From assembly GCA_002269645.1 (NCBI GenBank), contig NIVC01002712.1:83582-147581 (forward strand): DNA of 64,000 nucleotides, in the 5' to 3' direction. The notes under the pieces were generated by a model. That model was given only the letters and a program-made list of their open reading frames with translations. It did not search any database and was not told the DNA's origin. This document shows positions 1 through 9,986 of the stretch, piece after piece. The first letter of the stretch is position 1. Every line of letters begins with the position of its first letter. The translations under genes and the position numbers were made by a program. The stretch is from Macrostomum lignano (Eukaryota).

Positions 1-453
1 AGTGAGTGGAACAAACAACAGAAAAAGCAGACAAACTTCACATGCTTACAGTTTCTTTTTCGGTTGAGTTACAGAGTTGAAACTTTACATTTAGATAGAG
101 AATAAGTCAATGAAGAACTGTGTCAAATTGGAAGTCAATCGCTTGACGTGGAGCAAACTTATGGCAGCTGAAATTTACTCAATTTTGAAACCCTTTTACA
201 CATCTGGGCCCAGATAGGTATCGGGAAAGAGAGGCAGGCAGGCGGAGGTTGGGGTGGCTGCCTCGCTGAAAAAAACAGTTTAACTTTAAAAGTGCACAGC
301 ACCGCTCAGGATTAACTTTGAGACTCGAAATTTTACACGATTGTGTCAAAATAGTTGAAGATTGATTGTGTTGAATTTGAAGAGAATCGGTAGAAGTGGA
401 TGATTTAGTGAAAAAATCGCGCATTTTGACCAGTTTTTTGCACTTTTAGGTAG
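1..453. repeat. Interspersed repeat copy A, left part (target of the Gypsy insertion)
   Basis: Colinear with 11531-11983. Confidence 0.85.
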
Positions 454-1028
454 TGTAGTAGGGCATTATTTTAGAAACGGAAATTTTTCAGGTTTAGATA
501 TGCTTTTACCCTACTATCAGTAGTTTCAACCCGGGGAAATAATTAGAGCGGGGTTAAGTGGATAAAATTGGGGTTCCTTTAGAACTACAGAGCAGTTGGG
601 CTCTCGGGAAAGAAAACTCGGACCTTCGTTGGAGTGTCTTCTCCTGTTTAAACTTAGAGAGTTCACGAAGAAGTGGTAAGGAAAGGGAAATATAAGGGAT
701 AGGCTTGCACTGAGGAGTCTTGCCTCTAAAAACTGGGAGTCTTGCCCAAGCACTATAACGGGAATAAGGAAATAGGGAATTAATGTAAAGCAAAACTAAC
801 TTTTGTACCGTAATTCACTTTTCTATTATAAAATTTATTTTTTTTGTGTTAACTAAATCCAAATTGGTGTCCTGACTTGGTTCTTTAAGCCTAAAGCTAG
901 AATTAAGGAACAGCAGGAACCTGGTGGCAGCGAACTACCAAACATTAAGCAGTACCACAGATAGCAATCCGCTCATAATCCTTAGCAATAAGAACCAGTA
1001 GCTTAGCCGCGGTTACACGCCCATTCCA
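454..1028 (+). repeat. 5' LTR
   Basis: TGTAGTAGGG...CCATTCCA; I found no differences from 8332-8906 by eye, and the ORF track gives identical spurious peptides in both copies. Confidence 0.95.
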
Positions 1029-1030
1029 AT

Positions 1031-1040
1031 TGGTGGCAGC
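1031..1040 (+). promoter_or_regulatory. Primer-binding site, tRNA-Leu-like (partial)
   Basis: TGGTGGCAGC lies 2 nt after the LTR end and is complementary to a tRNA 3' end ...GCTGCCACCA. It diverges from the canonical Leu PBS after 10 nt. Confidence 0.75.
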
Positions 1041-1482
1041 TTAGAGGATTAGAATACCCGAGAAGCGCATACATTAGACTGGAGCTTAGGATTAGTAAGG
1101 GATTAACGGATTAACTCCTATGTGCTGAAATTAGAACTAAAACTAACACAAAATTACTAATTAGGTTCTAAATTAGAGATTAATGTACATATTCAGTTGG
1201 TCTAAGATTGTCAAATCACAGATTAACGGATTAACGGATTAGGAACGGATTAACGCTCCTGAAAGGAATTCTAACTTAGTTTCTTCGCTAGAAGATTAGT
1301 AAGGTCTCAATTAAGACCAGAAGTAAGGCAGAAGTAATAAAATTAGAGTCACTGCTGTTTTATTAACTAAAGTCTTACCATTAGGCAATTTAGCAGCTAA
1401 ATTCGGAGTCTTGCCAATTTACTGACCAAAATTATTAAACCAGAAGCGTTAATTCTAAAATCCAACCTAAAATTAAACTAAT

Positions 1483-2526
1483 ATGGAAGCTAATGACGTA
1501 GTAGAAGCACTGGCTGAAGGCATTAGAGACAGGCTAGACATTAGGAAACATATTAGGATCCAAAAGTACACGCCTAATCAGGATATAGACGTGTGGATTC
1601 AGGCTTTTGAGCAGAGGTGTATCGCAGATGAGATACCCCCAGCTGAGTGGAAGAATGAGCTACTGTCTAACCTAGATGTCCAGTCAGCGTTTGCTATAGT
1701 AACAAGGCTAAATTTAGATCCTAATCTAGCATACGCAGACTTTAAGGACAGACTAATTGAGCGATTCACGCATGTAGGTAGTGCTCAAGAAGCTAGGGAA
1801 GAGTTCCGTAGTAGGTTCCAGTGCAAAACTGAAAGCACTGATGACTACGCTGAAAAGCTGACAGAGCTAGCATGCAGGGCGTTTCCCCATCTAACTAACG
1901 ATCAGAGACAGGAAGAGGTGGTGGAACAATTTATCAGAGGTGTTAGGGTTGCCCCAGAGACTAGAGAAAAGCTACTGCTAGCTCAGGTAAACTCGCTTCA
2001 AGAGACACGTCGAGTCTTGCGACGTATCGAAATGGCGTACGCTATGTCTCGCCGAGGTAGAGACCCGCAGCAGTGTAAGGCAACTGGAGGAGAAGAAGCT
2101 GAGAATAGCTTGAAGGAATTAGTCCGCAAGCAGGGTGAGGCGCTAGAGACCCAGCAGAAGGTGCTTCAGGAGTTACTCCGACACCACCAGAACGTTGAGC
2201 AAAAGGTCAAGCAGCAGCAGCCGTCAGGTCAGCAGCAGCAAGGCCAGAATCAGCAAGGGCGTCCCCCAGTAAAGTGTAACAGGTGTGGCAAGCTAGGTCA
2301 CTTAGCTAAGAATTGTAGACAGCCACATCCGCAGAACCAGCTTAGGTACCCGGCTCAGCAGCAAATGCAGTATCAGCAGCCGCAGTATCAGCAGCCGCAG
2401 TATCAGCAGCCGATGTACCCACAGCAGCAGATGCAGCCGCAGTACCCGCAGCCGCAATACCCTCAGCAGCAGAATTCGGGAAACGGAGTAGACGGAAGCG
2501 TCGGAGGCAACGCTTTCCAGCAGTAG
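1483..2526 (+). CDS. gag: Gag (capsid-like region, CCHC zinc knuckle, Q-rich tail), 347 aa
   Basis: Gypsy Gag-like sequence (W..AFE..C; EQFIRG) with the knuckle CNRCGKLGHLAKNC. Confidence 0.93.
   Translation: MEANDVVEALAEGIRDRLDIRKHIRIQKYTPNQDIDVWIQAFEQRCIADEIPPAEWKNELLSNLDVQSAFAIVTRLNLDPNLAYADFKDRLIERFTHVGSAQEAREEFRSRFQCKTESTDDYAEKLTELACRAFPHLTNDQRQEEVVEQFIRGVRVAPETREKLLLAQVNSLQETRRVLRRIEMAYAMSRRGRDPQQCKATGGEEAENSLKELVRKQGEALETQQKVLQELLRHHQNVEQKVKQQQPSGQQQQGQNQQGRPPVKCNRCGKLGHLAKNCRQPHPQNQLRYPAQQQMQYQQPQYQQPQYQQPMYPQQQMQPQYPQPQYPQQQNSGNGVDGSVGGNAFQQ
2478..2518 (+). promoter_or_regulatory. -1 programmed ribosomal frameshift signal
   Basis: G GGA AAC heptamer in gag phase (2478-2484). Nine nt later GGAAGCGT (2494-2501) pairs with ACGCTTTCC (2510-2518) with one bulge. 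The -1 frame is open to 2702. Confidence 0.7.
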
Positions 2527-2619
2527 ATCCCTCACAGTCTGTAGCCTCACAACCTGTAAATAGCAGCGATACTTTTTCTGTAAATAGTGAATTGAATTCT
2601 TCAGTGTATAACAGTAGGC

Positions 2620-4242
2620 ATGCGCAATCATTTAATCAATCATTTAATCAACCAAACATTTACTCTCAGCACTTTTCAACGCACCACAACAGCAACCTAT
2701 TCTAGCAAGCAGCAGCTAAAACAACCAAAATTAACTGAACAAACTAAAAAACAAAGTTACGATCCGTACATCACTGGCAGCATTTTAAATAAGGAAATAG
2801 TTTATCTATTAGACACTGGCAGTAATAGAAATATCTTAGGACGCGAAACCTGGAAGCATCTTTTCACTGGCAAGAATAGGCATCTAATTAAGCATTGGGA
2901 CAATAGAATTGTTTCTTTTATGGAAGAGCCTATTCCAATTAAGGGTTTCGTAGTTATTAAGGCAACATTTGGCGATTTTGAAGAAGAAGTTGAGTTTCTC
3001 TTATGTGACGCAGATGTAGACAATGTAATAGGTGTGACGTTTGTCCAAAATTATTGTACTACTATTGACTTCGATGCAGGAATGCTGACCATGAAACAAG
3101 GAACTAGAATTCCGCTTCGATCAACCAGAGCTAAGCCTCAGGTTAGGAGAATCTATGTCGCAGAAAAAACGACAGTTTCAGCCAATAGTTCAGGATTAGT
3201 CAAGGTCAGATTAGCAGCAGGTAGTGAAACTAATTTCGGAGTGCCATCAGTTATTGAGCCACTCAGATCAGGATTGAAGACTAGAACAGAGAAAGTAACC
3301 GTAGTGCCAAGTTTAGTAACTCTAAGACAAGGGGAAGCTTATTTAGAAGTAATTAACACCAGTTCACAGGAAGCTAGAGTACCAGCATCAGCATTAGTTG
3401 GGATGGCTAAACCACTCTTAGCTAGCGAGCTTAACTATCTGAAGGAACAGCCAGAAGAAGAGCAGAATAAGAGCACGCAGTCTTGCGGAAGCAGAGAAAA
3501 GATCAGTCAGGTACAGGAGAAGTCAGAAGACTGGATTAGTGAGATTAACATAGGAACTGAACTGACTCAGGAACAGAGACAAAAGGTGATCGAGGTCGTC
3601 AAGGAACATTCAGCAGCTTTCTCGCAGCACGAGTTAGACTTAGGCAGAACGCATTTAGTCACACATGAAATTATCTTGAAGGATAACAACCCAGTTCAGA
3701 TACCAGCTAGGAAAATTCCACCTCATTGGATCAAGGAGGTAGATGAACAGTTAGATCTCATGTTGGCTAGAGGCATCATTAGGCCTAGTTACTCGCAGTA
3801 CTCGACTCCATTAGTCATAGTACCTAAGAAAGACGGTTCGCTGAGATTAGTTAACGACTATCGAGCACTAAACAATAAATCGGAGTACTTTCCGTATCCA
3901 ATAACTAATATCAATGAAACATTTTCATGTCTCCATGGAGCCAGTCAATTTTCTACGTTAGATCTATTTTCGGGATATTATCAGATAGCTCTTAGGGAAG
4001 AAGATAAGTGCAAGACTAGCTTTCCAACTTTACATCGAGGCTCGTTTGAGTACGAAGTATTGCCAATGGGACTGCAAGGAGCCCCAGGAACTTTTCAAAG
4101 GTGCATGAACTTAGTTCTTAAGGACATTGCACAAAAGTTCGCCATAGCTTACTTAGACGATGTAATAGTTTATAGTGCAGACTTTGAATCGCATTTAGAA
4201 CACCTGAAAGAAGTGCTCAAGAGACTAATCAAGCTAACATGA
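2620..4242 (+). CDS. pol: Pol part 1: aspartic protease and RT N-terminal part
   Basis: LLDTGS protease motif; RT motifs LRLVNDYRALN, LDLFSGYYQI, PMGL and YLDDV. Truncated by a frameshift at about 4233. Confidence 0.92.
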   Translation: MRNHLINHLINQTFTLSTFQRTTTATYSSKQQLKQPKLTEQTKKQSYDPYITGSILNKEIVYLLDTGSNRNILGRETWKHLFTGKNRHLIKHWDNRIVSFMEEPIPIKGFVVIKATFGDFEEEVEFLLCDADVDNVIGVTFVQNYCTTIDFDAGMLTMKQGTRIPLRSTRAKPQVRRIYVAEKTTVSANSSGLVKVRLAAGSETNFGVPSVIEPLRSGLKTRTEKVTVVPSLVTLRQGEAYLEVINTSSQEARVPASALVGMAKPLLASELNYLKEQPEEEQNKSTQSCGSREKISQVQEKSEDWISEINIGTELTQEQRQKVIEVVKEHSAAFSQHELDLGRTHLVTHEIILKDNNPVQIPARKIPPHWIKEVDEQLDLMLARGIIRPSYSQYSTPLVIVPKKDGSLRLVNDYRALNNKSEYFPYPITNINETFSCLHGASQFSTLDLFSGYYQIALREEDKCKTSFPTLHRGSFEYEVLPMGLQGAPGTFQRCMNLVLKDIAQKFAIAYLDDVIVYSADFESHLEHLKEVLKRLIKLT

Positions 4243-7073
4243 AACTAAAGGCTAAGAAATGTCACCTTTTCAAATCAGAATTACAATATCTAGGACACGT
4301 CATAGGCAAAGCAGGAATTAAGAGAGATGCGTCGAAATTAGAATCAATTAGGAACTGGCCGAAACCTAAATCTGTGACAGAGCTTCGAAGTTTTCTCGGA
4401 CTCTGTAATTACTATAGAAAATTCGTTAGAGATTTTGCCGAGGTAGCAGCACCACTCTGTGAGCTAACGAAGAAGAACATCAAATGTATCCAGGACAAAT
4501 GGACCAGGATCCATGATGAATGCTTCGAGTTGTTGAAGGAACGGATGTGTTCCGAAGAAGTGCTTGCTTACCCAGAGTTCAATACAGACCCCCAAGTTTA
4601 TTTTGTGTTAGACACTGATGCATCAAATGTCAGAATTGGGGCGGTCTTGAATCAAGTTCAGAGCGACGGCATAGAAAGACCGATCGCGTATTATAGTCGG
4701 AAGATGAGGCAGTCAGAAACTAGATATCCGATTACGAGGAAGGAGCTTCTAGCGATTGTTGACTCGCTGAAGTACTTTAGATTTTACCTCGTAGGAAAAC
4801 ATTTTAAGGTGCGCACTGATCACAATGCCCTAACCTGGTTGCTTCGCCAAACCGAACAGACAGGCATTTTAGGTCGTTGGATCGAAAGACTTTCCGAATT
4901 TGATTTTGAGATAGAACATAGGAGTGGCCCTAAACATGTGAATGCTGACGCTCTATCCAGGATCCCTGATCCTCAACCGGAAGAGATGTCCCCACATGCC
5001 AGGTCGCTAAGCTGTAGGGCAACTGTGAATACAGACCCAGCATCAGCTTTTACTGTCAGCTCAGGCAATTCCGCGTTCGCTGAAACCTGTAGCTCGAGCA
5101 GTGGAGTTCCGTCATGCTGTTCGTCACAAGACACTGTCACGAACCGACACAATACTCCGATCTTTAGTAGCAGTAGGCTAGACAATAGACAGGGACAGGA
5201 GCCTAAAACCGGAAATCCGCCTGCATGCAATGCCCTGCTCAGTGACTATCTCCGTAGCCCAGTTCGCCGTGACCAATTGATCGCAGCACAGCTAGCCGAT
5301 CCGGCGGTAGGCTTTGTTAGAAATTTAATTGAGAATGACTCGCCTAAACCGACATTTCAAGAACGACTAGAGTTAACCCACGACTGTAGGAACCTCTTAG
5401 GTTACTATGAGTTGCTCAGAATTGAGGACGGCGTACTCAAAGTAGACTTATCTATGGGGCAGACTGATCCAAAGGTAGTGTTGCCCAAGTCTCTGGATAG
5501 TGAAGTCTTTCACCAATTCCATGATTCACCGTTAGCGGGACACCTAGGTCGAGATAAAACTTATCAGAGAATTAAAATTCGATTTTGGAGGCCAGGATTA
5601 GCAACAGCAGTTGAGCGCTACGTAGCCAAATGTAAATCGTGCTTAGAAAGTAAGACTAGAAGAAGATTTAGGGCACCAATTCAGAACTATCCTGTAGTCG
5701 AACCGTTCGGTAGATTGCACATAGATCTAATAGGACCTATTGGCCAAACTAGCAAATCAGGAAACAAATATGTACTTTCAGTCATAGACAGCACTAGCAA
5801 GTTTCCATTCGCATTCGCAATTAGGAATCAGAAGGCTAAAACAGTTATCAAAATTTTACAAGAACGGGTTTTCGCTGATTTTGGGATTCCACAATGGATT
5901 CACACAGACCAGGGAACACAGTTCACTGGTAGGGCCTTTAAGAAATTTTTAGACCTCTATGGCATTAGACACACTCGAACAACTAGTTATCATCCGCAGA
6001 GCAATGGCTTAGTAGAAAACCTTAATAAGCAGATTAAATCAATTCTCACCTGTTTACTGGAGAAGGAGCATTCCAACTGGGACGTTCTGTTGCCAGGTTG
6101 CATAACAGCTCTGAGAACCAGCACGCACACTGCCACAGGATTTAGTCCGCACTATTTAGTCTTTGGACGAGAGGCCAGAATGCCCTGTGACAATGAGCTG
6201 AATGAGCCAAAGCAGTTTCAGGACCTGCCATCTTATGTCCAGGATCATCAGCAGAATCTGCAGGAAGGCCAAGAACTAGCAAGAAAGAGATTAAAATTAG
6301 TGCAACAAAACCGTGAGCAGGAGTACTCTAATAAGCCTAAGCCGAAAACATTGCCTGTAGGAAGCTTAGTATTTATCAATAATCCAGTAATTGCTAACAC
6401 AGAAGCTAACAAATTTCACAGAAAACAAAGGTCAGTTTACGAAATTGTAGAACAACTATCAGAAGTAGTCTTTAAGATCAGACCAGTTACCAAAAATAAG
6501 AAGGCTAGGAAGGAAGAACTTATTATGCATAGGGATAATTTAATGAAGGTACCACAAGCAGATTATCAGGAAGAAGAAGCTAGTACTAAGCCAAAAGAGC
6601 AGAGGAAACAGCACAATAGGGAACAGTTAGCCAATAGTCAGCCGAATGTGTACAATGACTCAGAAAGTGAAGACGAGTACGAAGACGCAGTGCAGTTTAT
6701 GCCAGTGCAACATCAAAATAATGAGCAGTTTATGCCGGTGCAGCATCAAAATAATGAGCAGTTTATGCCAGTGCAACATCAAAATAATGAGCAGTTTATG
6801 CCAGTGCAAAATCAAAATAATGTGCAGTTAGTGCCAAATCAACAAGTGCAGCATCCAAATAATAATCAAAATAATTTAGTAGGTGTACAAGGAGTTATGC
6901 CGGTACAATTAAATAATAACAATAATAATCTAGGGATTAATTTAGAAGCTAGGCCAGCTAGAGAGCGTCATGCTCCAGATAGATTAACTGTCAGGCCAAA
7001 CCAGAAAAGTTATGTACAGAGGATAGCGGAGTTGTTTAACCCATTTAACCTCTTGCAGCCGAAATCCCAATAA
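4239..7073 (+). CDS. pol: Pol part 2: RT C-terminal part, RNase H, integrase
   Basis: YLGH RT motif; RNase H LDTDAS/ELLAIV/TDH; integrase HDSPLAGH...CKSC zinc motif and DDE triad (HIDLIGP, IHTDQG, GLVEN). Confidence 0.93.
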   Translation: MKLKAKKCHLFKSELQYLGHVIGKAGIKRDASKLESIRNWPKPKSVTELRSFLGLCNYYRKFVRDFAEVAAPLCELTKKNIKCIQDKWTRIHDECFELLKERMCSEEVLAYPEFNTDPQVYFVLDTDASNVRIGAVLNQVQSDGIERPIAYYSRKMRQSETRYPITRKELLAIVDSLKYFRFYLVGKHFKVRTDHNALTWLLRQTEQTGILGRWIERLSEFDFEIEHRSGPKHVNADALSRIPDPQPEEMSPHARSLSCRATVNTDPASAFTVSSGNSAFAETCSSSSGVPSCCSSQDTVTNRHNTPIFSSSRLDNRQGQEPKTGNPPACNALLSDYLRSPVRRDQLIAAQLADPAVGFVRNLIENDSPKPTFQERLELTHDCRNLLGYYELLRIEDGVLKVDLSMGQTDPKVVLPKSLDSEVFHQFHDSPLAGHLGRDKTYQRIKIRFWRPGLATAVERYVAKCKSCLESKTRRRFRAPIQNYPVVEPFGRLHIDLIGPIGQTSKSGNKYVLSVIDSTSKFPFAFAIRNQKAKTVIKILQERVFADFGIPQWIHTDQGTQFTGRAFKKFLDLYGIRHTRTTSYHPQSNGLVENLNKQIKSILTCLLEKEHSNWDVLLPGCITALRTSTHTATGFSPHYLVFGREARMPCDNELNEPKQFQDLPSYVQDHQQNLQEGQELARKRLKLVQQNREQEYSNKPKPKTLPVGSLVFINNPVIANTEANKFHRKQRSVYEIVEQLSEVVFKIRPVTKNKKARKEELIMHRDNLMKVPQADYQEEEASTKPKEQRKQHNREQLANSQPNVYNDSESEDEYEDAVQFMPVQHQNNEQFMPVQHQNNEQFMPVQHQNNEQFMPVQNQNNVQLVPNQQVQHPNNNQNNLVGVQGVMPVQLNNNNNNLGINLEARPARERHAPDRLTVRPNQKSYVQRIAELFNPFNLLQPKSQ
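6692..6825 (+). repeat. 33-bp coding tandem repeat (QFMPVQHQNNE x4) in the integrase tail
   Basis: Four copies of CAGTTTATGCCAGTGCAACATCAAAATAATGAG-type units. Confidence 0.9.
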
Positions 7074-7076
7074 ATC

Positions 7077-7799
7077 ATGGCCGAAGCCCCTCTTCGGGTG
7101 TATCCAAGGAAACGCATCTATGGCCAAGGAAGAAGACAGGAGCAAGATGAGAATGAGCCCCCGCGAATTAGGGCCGTACAATTGGCAGAGCGAGGAGAAG
7201 AACATAAGAGGCGGAAATTAGAGCAACCGGAAGAGAGCGGTGAGCCCGAAGGAAAACTGGTCGTGGACATAGACTTGGAAGAGTTGGAAAGGGAGACGGA
7301 AAGAGAGGAAGAAGCGTTCCGAGAGGAGATGGCCAGATTCATGGAAGAGGTGCGACAGTATGAGGAAGGAAGCCAGCAGGAAGATGGATTAGAGGAAGAA
7401 GAAGAGCGACAGCAACCAGCAGAGGAGCCAGCCGAGCCGCAAGTAGACCCAGAGGAGCAAAAGAGGAAGTTTCGACGCTGCCGCCGGGCCCTCAAGAAGT
7501 ACATACTAAGGACGGGTAAGACCGGTATGTTCGAAACCGAATTACCCGAGGCCTGCGCGTGTTTCTTAACGACAGCAACCAAGGAGGAGGCAATTAAGTG
7601 CTACGAAATAGCCTGTACCTATTGCCTCCAATATGCGGAAAGTAACGCACGCGGCCCCTTCAGTATGAGCGTCACCATGGAGCAACTAGAGTTCTTGGCG
7701 GGAAAATTCGACCCGGAGCGCCAAATGATCCCGGTCAACGGCTTGTTGTATGCATCGGCGCAAAACACTAATAATCTTCGGCCTGTACACGACATCTAA
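7077..7799 (+). CDS. ORF3, accessory retrotransposon protein of unknown function (acidic, NLS-like, Cys-containing), 240 aa
   Basis: Intact ORF starting 3 nt after the pol stop in a good ATCATGG context, inside the LTR boundaries. It has no signal peptide or TM segment, and a homolog lies at about 62.3 kb. Confidence 0.75.
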   Translation: MAEAPLRVYPRKRIYGQGRRQEQDENEPPRIRAVQLAERGEEHKRRKLEQPEESGEPEGKLVVDIDLEELERETEREEEAFREEMARFMEEVRQYEEGSQQEDGLEEEEERQQPAEEPAEPQVDPEEQKRKFRRCRRALKKYILRTGKTGMFETELPEACACFLTTATKEEAIKCYEIACTYCLQYAESNARGPFSMSVTMEQLEFLAGKFDPERQMIPVNGLLYASAQNTNNLRPVHDI

Positions 7800-8320
7800 C
7801 TAGAGTAATCGAACTGCATTTTACTATATAGTGGCTATTTTTTTTTACCATCTCTTGGGACAAATTGCATTAAATCGCTGCCTTGCTTTAATCATAGCAC
7901 TTCCTTTTTACACAAGGACCTGTCCACATTTTACGTTGCGTGCAGTTTTCTAATTTTGATATGTCTACATGTCATTCTTAATAGTGCCAACATGACTCAA
8001 TCCGATGCTAATAAGACACACACCACTTATGCTTATATCTTGTTGTTGTAGTGTGCTAAAAAATTTTTTTTTGTGTTTTGTTTTAGCAATATAGCAATAT
8101 GCAACTTAATAACAATAATTCATTATATATCCTGCATTGTACTCTAATTGTCTAGGAATTCATGTTTACGCATTACATTTTCATATTCATAATAGTTGCT
8201 TACTTAATCCCTATATTCAGTACATCGCTGATAAGCGCATTGATACTTATTACGTAACTCAATTTGTGTTAATAAATATAATCATCAATGTACAAAAGGG
8301 GGTTTTGCACATTTGTTTAG

Positions 8321-8331
8321 CGAGGGGGAGG
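8321..8331 (+). promoter_or_regulatory. Polypurine tract
   Basis: GAGGGGGAGG-type purine run directly upstream of the TG of the 3' LTR. Confidence 0.85.
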
Positions 8332-8906
8332 TGTAGTAGGGCATTATTTTAGAAACGGAAATTTTTCAGGTTTAGATATGCTTTTACCCTACTATCAGTA
8401 GTTTCAACCCGGGGAAATAATTAGAGCGGGGTTAAGTGGATAAAATTGGGGTTCCTTTAGAACTACAGAGCAGTTGGGCTCTCGGGAAAGAAAACTCGGA
8501 CCTTCGTTGGAGTGTCTTCTCCTGTTTAAACTTAGAGAGTTCACGAAGAAGTGGTAAGGAAAGGGAAATATAAGGGATAGGCTTGCACTGAGGAGTCTTG
8601 CCTCTAAAAACTGGGAGTCTTGCCCAAGCACTATAACGGGAATAAGGAAATAGGGAATTAATGTAAAGCAAAACTAACTTTTGTACCGTAATTCACTTTT
8701 CTATTATAAAATTTATTTTTTTTGTGTTAACTAAATCCAAATTGGTGTCCTGACTTGGTTCTTTAAGCCTAAAGCTAGAATTAAGGAACAGCAGGAACCT
8801 GGTGGCAGCGAACTACCAAACATTAAGCAGTACCACAGATAGCAATCCGCTCATAATCCTTAGCAATAAGAACCAGTAGCTTAGCCGCGGTTACACGCCC
8901 ATTCCA
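8332..8906 (+). repeat. 3' LTR
   Basis: Direct copy of 454-1028, preceded by a purine tract and followed by the TSD GTAG. Confidence 0.95.
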
Positions 8907-9083
8907 GTAGGAAGACTCAAATTTAGGAAATTGAAAAGTAGCCTAAGACATTTTCCGTAGTAAGTTTAGGGTGGGTGTAAAGTTTGGTGTATTTTGGTTG
9001 AGCGGTTTGGGAGTCCATAGCGAACGAAATTGTCCACAGACACACAGACAGACAGACAGAGTTTTGATTTTTATATGTAGAGA
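8907..9083. repeat. Interspersed repeat copy A, right part
   Basis: Colinear with 11980-12160; similarity ends at ...TTTTATATGTAGAGA. Confidence 0.85.
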
Positions 9084-9339
9084 CAAGCTGTTGAAACCCG
9101 CGGATTTTGAACCCGGGGAACTCCATTCCCAGAATTATTTTTGCATGTATTTTAAAATCTGAGGTCAAACTCAAACAAAAACTTGTTTATAGTTGGGACA
9201 GAGTTAAACATAAAATAGAGTACATTCGTGTAAAATTAGGATTTGAGGCAAACATTTATATTGTTGGCTGGGGTGCTGCGCAGAATGTCAGGCAAACTCT
9301 GGTCTCTGCCTCTCCATTTGTCCCTTGGATCCTTTGAAA

Positions 9340-9948
9340 CTTCTACAGTATCTTCTCTTCTGTTTCCTATCTTCTCTCTCGTCTCTCGTCTCCCCTCTCC
9401 CCTCTATTCTTTTCTCTCTCTTAGCCTCTCCTCTCTTCTCTCTTTCTCTCTCCTGGCCTCTCCTCTCTTCTTTCTGGTCTCTGATCTCTGATCTCCTTTC
9501 TCTTCTTTAATCTCTTCTCATTTCTCTCTGCTCTCTACTCTCTCTTCTCTCTGCTCTCTACTCTCTCTTCCCTCTCCCCTCTTCTCACTCCTTACTCTAC
9601 CCTCTCTCAACACTTCCCTCATCTCTCCTCTCTCCTTTTTCCTCTCTTCTCTTCTCTAAACTCTCTCCTCTTCTGCCCACTCTCTCCTCTTCTGCCCACT
9701 CTCTCCTCTTCTGCCCACTCTCTCCTCTTCTGCCCACTCTCTCCTCTTCTGCCCACTCTCTCCTCTTCTGCCCACTCTCTCCTCTTCTGCCCACTCTCTC
9801 CTCTTCTGCCCACTCTCTCCTCTTCTGCCCACTCTCTCCTCTTCTGCCCACTCTCTCCTCTCATCTCTTCCCTCACCTCTCGTCTCTCTCGTCTTATTTT
9901 ATCTTCTCTCTCTTATCTTTTCTCATTTCTCTCTGCTTTCTCTCCTCT

Positions 9949-9986
<38 letters not shown>

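Larger units (their letters stand above)
454..8906 (+). mobile_element. Full-length Ty3/Gypsy LTR retrotransposon (LTR-gag-pol-ORF3-LTR)
   Basis: Two 575-bp direct repeats (454-1028 and 8332-8906, offset 7878) start TG and end CA. GTAG flanks both sides (450-453, 8907-8910). A PBS follows the 5' LTR and a PPT precedes the 3' LTR. Pol domain order PR-RT-RH-IN is Ty3/Gypsy type. Confidence 0.97.

Noticed and set aside
2524-2620. Gag-pol stop-codon readthrough
   Set aside because: Three more in-frame stops lie before 2620; the -1 frameshift explains the junction better.
7077-7799. ORF3 as an env gene
   Set aside because: It has no signal peptide, TM anchor or furin/fusion-peptide layout, is too short, and is highly acidic.
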